Shown here: one piece after another, positions 27,524-35,948 of the stretch | Numbering within the stretch: position 1 is the first letter of the stretch | How the letters are laid out: every line of letters starts with the position of its first letter | Assembly (NCBI GenBank): GCA_964415045.1 | Contig: CAYPZL010000001.1 | Location: 14,210-78,209 of the forward strand | Source: an uncultured Pirellulales bacterium | GTDB taxonomy: Bacteria > Planctomycetota > Phycisphaerae > Sedimentisphaerales > Anaerobacaceae | Reading direction: 5' to 3' | DNA: 64,000 nucleotides | The notes under the pieces: generated by a model | Database searches by the model: none | What the model saw: only the letters and a program-made list of their open reading frames with translations | Told to the model about the DNA's origin: nothing | Made by a program: the position numbers and the translations under genes

Positions 27524-29875
27524 ATGGAAGAGTTGGATTTGACATTCGTTGATGAGCTGGTCGAGAGAGTCGGCACCGGCAAGGACGAAGTGCTGGAGAT
27601 TCTCCAGGCCGTCCAGGGGCACTACGGCTACTTGCCGAAGGAGGCGCTGCAGCGCGTTTGCGACCGGACGGACATCACGCCGGCTACGATTACGGGGGTT
27701 TCGACGTTCTACGACCAGTTTCGGCATCGTCCTGCCGGCCGGCACACGATTCGCGTTTGCATCGGCACCGCCTGTCACGTCAAGGGCGGCCAGCAGGTCT
27801 ATGACGCGTTCAAACGCTTCCTCAAGATTCCTGACGACGACGACACCGACGCCGATAAGCTGTTCACCGTGGAGAAGGTGGCCTGTATCGGCTGCTGCAT
27901 GCTCGCGCCGGCCATCCAGATCGACGACATCGTCTACGGACATTTGAACGACCATCGCGTCCCGGTGGTTTTGAAGGATTTTCTCGAGCAGGAGAAGGCG
28001 ACGGCGCGCAAGGGACGCAAGGAGCGGCATCGGCCGCGCCGCGACGACTTCGGCGAGATTCGCATCTGTCTGGATTCGAGCTGTCAGGCCAGCGGCAGCG
28101 GGCATGTGTACGAGAGCCTCAAGAAGGCGGTGGCCCGGACGCGAGCGCGGGCGGTTGTCAAAAGCGTGGCGTGTTCGGGCATGTCCTATCTGACGCCGCT
28201 GGTCGAGGTCATTTTGCCCGGGGGCCACTCGTTTCGGTACGGCAACGTCGAGCCGCAGGACGCCGGGGCGATTGTGTTGCGTCATTTCAAGCCGCGCTGG
28301 CCGGGACGGCGCGCCGCCTCGGCCGTCTCGAACGTGCTCGACCGGATACTGACCGACGAGGCGTGGGGCGCCGTGACACGCTACTCCCTGAACGTTCGCG
28401 ATACGCACGTGGCCGGCTTCGTGGACCCGCAACAACATATCGCCACCGAGCACGCCGGCCACACCGATCCGGTGGACTTAGACGAATATCTGCGTCACGA
28501 CGGATTCAAGGCGCTGGAGAAATGCCTCAAGCAATGGAGTCCCGACGAGATCGCCTCGGAGATCGAGCGCAGCGGCCTTCGCGGCCGGGGCGGCGCGGGC
28601 TTCCCCACGCACCTCAAATGGAAGGCCGTACAGAGCCAGACTTCCGAGAAGAAGTTCGTTGTTTGCAACGGCGACGAGGGCGACCCCGGCGCGTTCATGG
28701 ACCGGATGCTGATGGAGTCCTACCCGTACCGCATCATCGAGGGCGTAGCCATTGCCGCCCGTTGCGTCGGCGCTGCCGAAGGATACCTCTATATTCGGGC
28801 CGAATACCCGCTGGCCATCAAGCGCATGACCGAGGCGATTCGCAAATGCGAGGAGCGCGGGCTTTTAGGCGAGAGTATTCTGGACAGCGATTTCTCTTTG
28901 CGGTTGAAGATTGTGGCCGGGGCGGGCGCGTTTGTCTGCGGCGAGGAAACCGCGCTGATGGCGAGCATCGAGGGCCGCCGGGGCATGCCGAAGCTGCGGC
29001 CGCCGTATCCGGCCCACAAGGGACTGTGGGGCATGCCCACGCTGATCAACAACGTGGAGACGTACTCGGTCGTGCCCTGGATCGTACGCAACGGCGCCGA
29101 GGCGTTTGCGAGCATTGGGACTGAGAAGAGCAAGGGGACCAAGGTCTTCGCCCTGGCCGGCAAGGTGGCCCGGGGCGGACTGATCGAAGTGCCCATGGGG
29201 ATCACGATCAGACAGATCATCGAGGAGATCGGGGGCGGCATCGCCGGGGGGCTGCGGCTCAAGGCCGTGCAGATCGGGGGACCCTCCGGGGGCTGCATCC
29301 CCACCGCGCTGGACAGCCACTCGGTGGACTACGAAGCGCTGGCCGAAGTCGGCGCCATGATGGGCTCGGGCGGCATGGTGGCGCTGGATGAAACGGACTG
29401 CATGGTGGACATCGCGCGCTACTTCCTCGAGTTTACGCAGAACCAATCGTGTGGCAAGTGCACGTTCTGCCGCATCGGAACGCGGCGCATGCTGGATATC
29501 CTGGAGCGGTTGTGCGCCGGGGAGGGCAAGCCGGCGGACCTGGACGAGCTGGAACACCTGGCGCGGATCGTCAAGCAGGGCAGTCTCTGCGGCTTGGGCA
29601 AGACGGCCCCGAACCCGGTCCTGTCGACAATGAAGTACTTCCGCGACGAGTACGAAGCCCACGTTCAAGGGCGTTGTCCGGCCGGCAAGTGCAAGGCCCT
29701 TATCACGTATAAGATCACCGACGATTGTATCGGCTGCACCGTGTGCGCCCAGCATTGCCCGGTCGATGCGATTGAGATGAAGCCGTACGAGCAGCACGAA
29801 ATAGACGTTGACAAGTGCATTCGATGCGGGACCTGCCAGAGCGTCTGTCCCGCCGATGCCGTTCGAGTTGAGTAG
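27524..29875 (+). CDS. NuoE-like/NuoF-like fusion flavo-FeS protein (HndA+HndC / HydC+HydB / StnA+StnB type)
   Basis: NuoE-type 2Fe-2S region 'CIGTACHVKG...CIGCC', FMN/NADH region 'GLRGRGGAGFPT', 'SCGKCTFCR', and C-terminal 2x 'CxxCxxCxxxCP'. Confidence 0.85.
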   Translation: MEELDLTFVDELVERVGTGKDEVLEILQAVQGHYGYLPKEALQRVCDRTDITPATITGVSTFYDQFRHRPAGRHTIRVCIGTACHVKGGQQVYDAFKRFLKIPDDDDTDADKLFTVEKVACIGCCMLAPAIQIDDIVYGHLNDHRVPVVLKDFLEQEKATARKGRKERHRPRRDDFGEIRICLDSSCQASGSGHVYESLKKAVARTRARAVVKSVACSGMSYLTPLVEVILPGGHSFRYGNVEPQDAGAIVLRHFKPRWPGRRAASAVSNVLDRILTDEAWGAVTRYSLNVRDTHVAGFVDPQQHIATEHAGHTDPVDLDEYLRHDGFKALEKCLKQWSPDEIASEIERSGLRGRGGAGFPTHLKWKAVQSQTSEKKFVVCNGDEGDPGAFMDRMLMESYPYRIIEGVAIAARCVGAAEGYLYIRAEYPLAIKRMTEAIRKCEERGLLGESILDSDFSLRLKIVAGAGAFVCGEETALMASIEGRRGMPKLRPPYPAHKGLWGMPTLINNVETYSVVPWIVRNGAEAFASIGTEKSKGTKVFALAGKVARGGLIEVPMGITIRQIIEEIGGGIAGGLRLKAVQIGGPSGGCIPTALDSHSVDYEALAEVGAMMGSGGMVALDETDCMVDIARYFLEFTQNQSCGKCTFCRIGTRRMLDILERLCAGEGKPADLDELEHLARIVKQGSLCGLGKTAPNPVLSTMKYFRDEYEAHVQGRCPAGKCKALITYKITDDCIGCTVCAQHCPVDAIEMKPYEQHEIDVDKCIRCGTCQSVCPADAVRVE

Positions 29876-29877
29876 GT

Positions 29878-31461
29878 ATGCCGAAACTAAGCATAGACGG
29901 TCGCCCGGTGGAGGTCGAGGCCGGCGCGACGATTCTCGACGCCGCCGAAAAGCTGGGGATCGAGATTCCGACGATGTGCTATCTGCGCGGGCACGAAGCG
30001 ACCACCAGTTGCATGGTGTGCGTGGTCAAGGTCCTCGGCGCCAAAGGGTTGCTGCCAGCCTGCGGCACGCCGGCGCGCGACGGGATGCAGGTCGAGAACG
30101 ATTGTGAAGAGGTCCGCGACGCGCGGCGGTCGGCGCTGGAGTTGCTGCTCGGCGACCACGTGGGCGACTGCGTGGGACCGTGCCGGATGGCCTGTCCGGC
30201 CCACATGGACATCCCCCTGATGATCCGGCAGATCGAAGCGGGGCAGTTGAAAGATGCGATCGCGACGGTGAAGCGCGACATCGCCTTGCCGGCGGTGCTG
30301 GGACGGATTTGCCCGGCGCCGTGCGAGAAAGTGTGCCGGCGGGCACAGCACGACGAGGCGGTCTCGATCTGCCTGTTGAAGCGATTCGTCGCCGGTGTGG
30401 ACCTGCAATCGGACGAGACCTATCGACCCGCCTGCGCCGCGGAACGAGGCAAGCGCGTGGCCATTATCGGCGCGGGCCCGGCCGGTCTGGCGGCGGCCTA
30501 TTATCTGCGCCGCGACGGAATTGCCTGTACGGTCATTGATGACCACGAGCAACCCGGCGGAATGCTGCGGTACGGTGTTTCGCAGGAGGAGCTGCCCCGC
30601 AACGTCCTGGACGCCGAAATCGCGTGCATCGAGAACCTCGGCGTCGAGTTTCGGTTCCGCACGCGGGTCGGCACGGGCGTGTCCATGGACGAGATTCGCA
30701 AACAGTATGACGCCGTGTTCATCGGCACCGGTGCGCTGGAACCGGGAGATGCGGATCACCTGGGCGTCCCGGCGGCGGCCGACAGGATCAAGGTGGACAG
30801 CCGGACGTATGCGACCGATGTCCCCGGCGTCTTTGCCGGCGGCGACGTGGTGCGCAAGCGCCGTCTGACCGTGCGCGCCGTGGCCGACGGGAAAGAAGCC
30901 GCTGTAGCGATCGGCCAGTATCTCACTGGCGCGGAGATGACTGGAGCAGCCAGGCCGTTCAACAGCAGGATGGGCAGGCTCGCGGACGGCGAGATGGAGA
31001 CGTTTCTGCAATCCGCCGTCTCCACGCCGCGACAGAAGCCTTCCGGGCCGACCGGGGGATTCATCGAGTCCGAGGCGCGGGCCGAGTCCTCTCGGTGCCT
31101 GCACTGCGATTGCCGCAAGGGCGAGACGTGCCGGCTGCGACGCTACGCACAGGCCTACGGGGCGCGGCAGACGAGATACAAGGCGCAGCGACGTTCCTTT
31201 GCTCAGCAGACGCAGCACCCCGAGATCATCTACGAGCCGGGCAAGTGCATCAACTGCGGCATCTGTATCGAGATCGCCTCGGCGTTCGGGGAAGAGCTTG
31301 GGCTCACGTTCATCGGCCGGGGCTTCGACGTACGCGTGGCGGTGCCGTTCGATGCCTCCCTGGCCGAGGGCCTGCGGATCGCCGCGGCCCAATGCGTGCA
31401 GGCCTGTCCCACCGGTGCTCTCGCGTTTCGGGATGAGTCACGGACACAGGAAGGTTCGTGA
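29878..31461 (+). CDS. 2Fe-2S ferredoxin domain fused to a GltD/NfnB-like FAD/NAD(P)-binding oxidoreductase with extra C-terminal Fe-S motifs
   Basis: 'MPKLSIDGRPVEVEAGATILDAA...CY' (NuoG/HydA-type N-terminus), 'CPAPCEKVC', dinucleotide fold 'VAIIGAGPAGLAAAYYL', and C-terminal 'CINCGICIE...CPTGA'. Confidence 0.8.
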   Translation: MPKLSIDGRPVEVEAGATILDAAEKLGIEIPTMCYLRGHEATTSCMVCVVKVLGAKGLLPACGTPARDGMQVENDCEEVRDARRSALELLLGDHVGDCVGPCRMACPAHMDIPLMIRQIEAGQLKDAIATVKRDIALPAVLGRICPAPCEKVCRRAQHDEAVSICLLKRFVAGVDLQSDETYRPACAAERGKRVAIIGAGPAGLAAAYYLRRDGIACTVIDDHEQPGGMLRYGVSQEELPRNVLDAEIACIENLGVEFRFRTRVGTGVSMDEIRKQYDAVFIGTGALEPGDADHLGVPAAADRIKVDSRTYATDVPGVFAGGDVVRKRRLTVRAVADGKEAAVAIGQYLTGAEMTGAARPFNSRMGRLADGEMETFLQSAVSTPRQKPSGPTGGFIESEARAESSRCLHCDCRKGETCRLRRYAQAYGARQTRYKAQRRSFAQQTQHPEIIYEPGKCINCGICIEIASAFGEELGLTFIGRGFDVRVAVPFDASLAEGLRIAAAQCVQACPTGALAFRDESRTQEGS

Positions 31462-31470
31462 CGCCCGCGC

Positions 31471-32184
31471 TCAGCCGGCTGAGCCGCCCAATTGCAGCGC
31501 CAGCTCCGCAACGCGGCGGCCGAGAGACCTGGCGGCGCTCATGCCGTACTCGTCTTTGCTGACACCGCCTTCGATGCCGCTCCAGATCCGCGCTCCGTTG
31601 CGCGGTCCCGGCTCGCCGTTGCCCACGACGATCATCTTCTGGCAGTACAGGGACGACTGCACGGACTGGATCGTGACTTCCTGCCCGCCGTTGCGCGAGC
31701 CGCCGACCGCCAGGACGCCCGCGACCTTGTTGCTCAAGGCGAAGTTGTCCTTGTACAAGGTGATGCAACGGTCCAGGAAGGCTTTGCACAGTGCGCTCAT
31801 ATTGCTGAAATACACGGGCGTTCCGATGATGATGCCGCGCACGTTGGGGTCCTTGAGCCTGGGGACGAGGGCGGGGAAGTCGTCCTTTTCGCCTGGTTCG
31901 AGCGGGATGCCGGCCGCCAGGTTGCCGTTGATTCGCAGACCGGCCAGCTCGATCAGTTCCGTCTCGATCCTCGGGCTGATCTCGGCGGCGGCCTGCAGGC
32001 ACGTTCGCAGCGACGTGGCCGTCGTCTTTCCCGCACGCGGGCTGCACGAGACGCCGACGATTTTTGTCTTGGCTGTGGCCGCGGGCCGGTCTTGTGCTGC
32101 GACAACCGGTCCGGTGACGGCGGTTGCAGCGGCGCCGGCAACGATTGAGTTGGTGACGAAATCACGACGCGTGATGCGCTTCAT
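31471..32184 (-). CDS. Tat-signal flavodoxin-like NAD(P)H-dependent FMN reductase family protein
   Basis: 'MKRITRRDFVTNSIVAGAAA' Tat signal. 'IVGVSCSPRAGKTT' and 'IIIGTPVYFSNMSALCKAFLDR' (NADPH-dependent FMN reductase / iron-sulfur flavoprotein pattern). Confidence 0.7.
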   Translation of the reverse strand: MKRITRRDFVTNSIVAGAAATAVTGPVVAAQDRPAATAKTKIVGVSCSPRAGKTTATSLRTCLQAAAEISPRIETELIELAGLRINGNLAAGIPLEPGEKDDFPALVPRLKDPNVRGIIIGTPVYFSNMSALCKAFLDRCITLYKDNFALSNKVAGVLAVGGSRNGGQEVTIQSVQSSLYCQKMIVVGNGEPGPRNGARIWSGIEGGVSKDEYGMSAARSLGRRVAELALQLGGSAG

Positions 32185-32227
32185 GGGCTCTCTCCTTTTC
32201 CAGTTGCGATTGAGGTCGATTTCTCGT

Positions 32228-32255
32228 TTGTCGGCGACCCGGCCTATGGTATACT
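32228..32255 (+). promoter_or_regulatory. possible promoter TTGTCG-16nt-TATACT for the 32385 gene
   Basis: Hexamers at 32228-32233 and 32250-32255. A bulged 7-bp hairpin follows at 32262-32283. Confidence 0.3.
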
Positions 32256-32384
32256 GTACGAACTCCGGCTGAGCACCGGGAGTATACAGGAAACCGGCGC
32301 GTTTGAACAGGGCTGACGGGATGATGGTCTGCAGGCCGGCGCGCGGGACAATCGTTTTATTCGTTTCGGGAAGGGTATTCGGTT

Positions 32385-33668
32385 ATGCTGCATTTCGTGA
32401 AGTCTGCTGTCTTTGTCTGTTTTCTGTTGCTGATCTTCGCTTGTGGTTCGCGAGCCAACGACTGGCCGCAGTGGCGCGGACCGAACCGCGATGCTGTTTG
32501 TTCGGAGGCCGGTCTGCTGAAGGAATGGCCCGCAGAGGGCCCCGAGCTGTTGTGGGAGATCTCGGGTCTGGGGCCGGGGTTTTCGACCGTCTCCATCGCC
32601 GACGGCACGCTCTACACGATGGGCGACCGCGAGGCCGACGGCGAGAAAGGCCAATACGTGTACGCCTACGATCTGGATACACGCCGGGAGCTGTGGGCGG
32701 CCCGGGTGGGCCCGCCGCATCGGGACGGACCGCGGTGCACCCCGACGGTGGCCGGCGATTCTGTTTACGCCATTGGCACCAGCGGGGACGTCGTCCGTAT
32801 CGCCGCCGACAGCGGCAAGGTGATCTGGACGCGAAACCTGCTGGATGATCTGGGGGGAGCGTCCAACCCCAACTGGAAGTTCAGCGAATCGCCCCTGATC
32901 GACGGGGACAGGCTGCTGTGCACGCCGGGCGGACACAGAGCCGCCATGGTCGCCCTCAACAAGGAGACGGGGCAGCTCATCTGGAAGTGTTCGATGCCCG
33001 ACATCGGCCCGAACGGCAAGGAGCAGGCGGGCTACGCGTCCATCCGCATCAGCCACGGAGCCGGTGTCAAGCAATACGTGCAACTGACCAACGAGGGCCT
33101 CATCGGTGTCTCCGATAAGGGGGAGTTTCTCTGGGGGTACAACCGTGTGGCCAACCGGGTGGCCAACATTTCGACGCCGGTCATCGATGGGGATTATGTG
33201 TTCACTTCCACGGCGTATCAGACCGGCTCGGCGCTGCTCAAGCTCGTGCGCGACGGCGCCGACGTCAAGGCCGAGGAAGTGTACTGGCTCGACAAGAACC
33301 AGTTCCAGAACCATCACGGCGGCTTCCTCAAGGTCGGCGACTACATCTACGGAGGCCACAACCACAACAAAGGCGAACCCACCTGCGTCGAGATGAAGAC
33401 GGGCAAGGTCATGTGGCACGCCGACCAGCCCGGAAAGGGTTCCGGCTGCGTGCTCTATGCCGACGGGAACCTGTACTTTCGCTACGAGAACGGAGTGATG
33501 GCGCTGGTGGAGGCCACGCCGGCGCGATACAACCTCAAGTGCACGTTCACTCCTCCGAAGCGGCCCGGCATGAAAGGGCCGGCCTGGGCCCATCCGGTCA
33601 TCTGCGACGGGAAGCTCTATCTGCGGCACGCCGACGTGCTGTTCTGTTACGACATCAACGCCGGGTGA
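32385..33668 (+). CDS. secreted/lipoprotein PQQ-like beta-propeller repeat protein
   Basis: Signal 'VFVCFLLLIFACGS', 'DWPQWRGPNRD' motif, blade repeats. Confidence 0.8.
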   Translation: MLHFVKSAVFVCFLLLIFACGSRANDWPQWRGPNRDAVCSEAGLLKEWPAEGPELLWEISGLGPGFSTVSIADGTLYTMGDREADGEKGQYVYAYDLDTRRELWAARVGPPHRDGPRCTPTVAGDSVYAIGTSGDVVRIAADSGKVIWTRNLLDDLGGASNPNWKFSESPLIDGDRLLCTPGGHRAAMVALNKETGQLIWKCSMPDIGPNGKEQAGYASIRISHGAGVKQYVQLTNEGLIGVSDKGEFLWGYNRVANRVANISTPVIDGDYVFTSTAYQTGSALLKLVRDGADVKAEEVYWLDKNQFQNHHGGFLKVGDYIYGGHNHNKGEPTCVEMKTGKVMWHADQPGKGSGCVLYADGNLYFRYENGVMALVEATPARYNLKCTFTPPKRPGMKGPAWAHPVICDGKLYLRHADVLFCYDINAG

Positions 33669-33835
33669 GGCCCGCGAGGCGATGGCACGAATGGAGGCGG
33701 GCAAGCAGTTCGGAAAAATCGCCCTGCAGGTGTCGCCATCGGGCTGAGCGTGGAAATTCGCAGAACATTCCGGCTCCGCGTGCATATAGGGTACAAAGGT
33801 TGGAATCGGCGCTGCCTTCTGAAAGGGGATTTGCT

Positions 33836-34411
33836 ATGGCTGTGACACCTTCGACGATGTTGCGGCTGGGTACCCAAATGCCGCATTTTGCGCTGCCTGA
33901 CACCAGAGGCAAAACGGTGTCTCCCGCGGATTTCGGCGAGGCCGAAGCGCTGCTGGTCGTCTTTATGTGCAATCACTGTCCGTTTGTGAAGCATATCGTG
34001 GACGACTTTGTCGAACTGGCGAAGGAATACCAAGCCCGGGGAGTCGCGGTGGTAGGGATCAACTCCAACGATGTGGACGCCTACCCCGACGACCGGCCCG
34101 ATAAAATGGAGCAGTTCGCAAAGGAGAAGGGTTTTACGTTCGTGTATCTGTACGATGCGACGCAGGAGGTCGCCAGGAGCTATCGCGCCGCCTGCACGCC
34201 CGACTTCTTTTTATTCGACAAGGAGCGCCGGCTCGTGTATCGAGGACAGATGGACGACAGCCGGCCGGGAAACGACGAGCCCATTACGGGCGCGGATTTG
34301 CGGGCCGCTCTGGACGCCGTGCTTGCGCGCGAGCCGGTCGGCGCCGAACAGAAGCCGAGCATGGGTTGCAACATCAAGTGGAAGCCGGGCAACGAGCCCG
34401 ACTATTCTTGA
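33836..34411 (+). CDS. thioredoxin-fold protein (TlpA/AhpC-TSA-like)
   Basis: 'LLVVFMCNHCPFVKH' CxxC active site and 'GINSND' conserved context. The ORF's upstream extension was rejected. Confidence 0.75.
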   Translation: MAVTPSTMLRLGTQMPHFALPDTRGKTVSPADFGEAEALLVVFMCNHCPFVKHIVDDFVELAKEYQARGVAVVGINSNDVDAYPDDRPDKMEQFAKEKGFTFVYLYDATQEVARSYRAACTPDFFLFDKERRLVYRGQMDDSRPGNDEPITGADLRAALDAVLAREPVGAEQKPSMGCNIKWKPGNEPDYS

Positions 34412-34511
34412 GGCCGGTCGGTCGGTGTGACTGCCACGCCCGGTGGCCTGCACGGGGACCTGATTGGCAGCGGGTCGGGCGGGCAGACGAGATTGGAAGG
34501 AACGAATCCGG

Positions 34512-35813
34512 ATGGTGAAAAAAAAGATCTACACGGCGTTGATCCTTCTGATGGGCAGCGTGATGTCTCTGGCCGGCGGCGTTGGGGCCAAGCCTGTGGA
34601 TGCAAACGGCCTTCAGACGCTGCCCGAATATCTCACGTATGCGGCCCTTCATAACGCGGGTCTGAAAGCCGCTTTCGAGCGGTGGAGGGCGGCTCTCGAA
34701 GAGATTCCGCAGGCCCGCGCCTTGCCCGATCCGCGTTTTACCTATGGCTATTTTATAGAAGAGGTGGAGACGCGGGTCGGGCCGCAGCGGCAGCGGGTCG
34801 GTATCTCGCAGGTGTTTCCCTGGTTTGGCAAGATCGAGGCGCGCACGGACGCCGCCGCCGCCGCCGCCCGGGCGGCGCAGCGACGATACGAGGCAAAGAA
34901 GCTCCAGTTATTCTACGAGGTCAAGGACGCGTTCTACGAGTACGTTTACCTGCGGCGGGCGATCGACAATGCCCGGGAAAACCTCGAGCTCGTCAATCGC
35001 TTCGAGGAGCTGGCGCGCACCCGGTACGTGACGGCCGAGGCGCAGCATCCGGACGTCGTCTGGGCCCAGATCGAGCTGGCCACGCTGGAAGATAAGCTGG
35101 CGACGCTGCAAGAGCTGAGGCGGCCCGTTGTCGCGCGATTGAACGCCGCATTGAATCGGCCCGGCGGTGCGCTGCCCTGGCCCAGGCCCGAAGAAGCGGC
35201 GATCGTCGAAGTGGATCGGACGCGCTTGTTCCGGATGTTGAGGGATCGGAATCCCCAGTTGCAGGCCAAACAGTTCGAGCTGGAGAGCGCTCGCAGCCGC
35301 GTCGAGCTGGCCAGGAAGAGGTTCTACCCGGATTTGGGCGTCGGCATCGACTGGATTCAGACGGATGAGGCGTCCGCCCCCGGGGGGTCGGACAGCGGCA
35401 AGGACCCGGTGATCCTGATGTTCAGCATGAATCTGCCGCTGTGGCGCAAGAGCTACGGGGCCCGGGAGCTGCAGGCTCGCGCGCAGGCCCGCCAGGTCGC
35501 AAACGAGAAGGATGATATTGAGAACAATCTGGTGGCGCAGGTCGAACGCGTTCTGTACGATGTTGAGGACAGCGAGCGCAAGCTCAAGCTCTATGGCGGC
35601 GTGCTCGTGCCGAAGGCTGAGGAGCTGCTGGGGGCTTCGGAGACGGCCTACATGGCCGGCACCATCGATTTTCTCGGCCTGATTGACGCCGAACGCACCT
35701 GGCTGCGGTTTCAGCTCCAGCGCGAGCGGGCCTGGGCCGACCGATACCAGAGAATCGCTGAATTGGAGATGCTCGTAGGAGCGGAGCTGACCCGCGTGCG
35801 GCCAGCCGAGTAG
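34512..35813 (+). CDS. TolC-family outer-membrane efflux protein (CusC/CzcC-like)
   Basis: Signal peptide, duplicated OEP repeat pattern, first gene of the RND efflux operon. Confidence 0.8.
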   Translation: MVKKKIYTALILLMGSVMSLAGGVGAKPVDANGLQTLPEYLTYAALHNAGLKAAFERWRAALEEIPQARALPDPRFTYGYFIEEVETRVGPQRQRVGISQVFPWFGKIEARTDAAAAAARAAQRRYEAKKLQLFYEVKDAFYEYVYLRRAIDNARENLELVNRFEELARTRYVTAEAQHPDVVWAQIELATLEDKLATLQELRRPVVARLNAALNRPGGALPWPRPEEAAIVEVDRTRLFRMLRDRNPQLQAKQFELESARSRVELARKRFYPDLGVGIDWIQTDEASAPGGSDSGKDPVILMFSMNLPLWRKSYGARELQARAQARQVANEKDDIENNLVAQVERVLYDVEDSERKLKLYGGVLVPKAEELLGASETAYMAGTIDFLGLIDAERTWLRFQLQRERAWADRYQRIAELEMLVGAELTRVRPAE

Positions 35814-35948
35814 CCGGTTCCGGCCTCTTGGGGGCGCATTGAGCGCGAGCACCACTTCCATCAGGGACAAAAGTGCCGAGTTTTGCGAACCTAAATCCTA
35901 TAGAAATAGTATAGCTTTTCACGTGAACGAAAAGTCGTGGAGGCTGTT

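Noticed and set aside
32249-32287. Two GTATAC palindromes 27 nt apart flanking a bulged hairpin in the divergent region between the Tat-flavoprotein and propeller genes, considered as a possible operator.
   Set aside because: The 6-nt palindromes are too short to distinguish from chance, and one overlaps the predicted -10. It is kept only as a note under the promoter feature.
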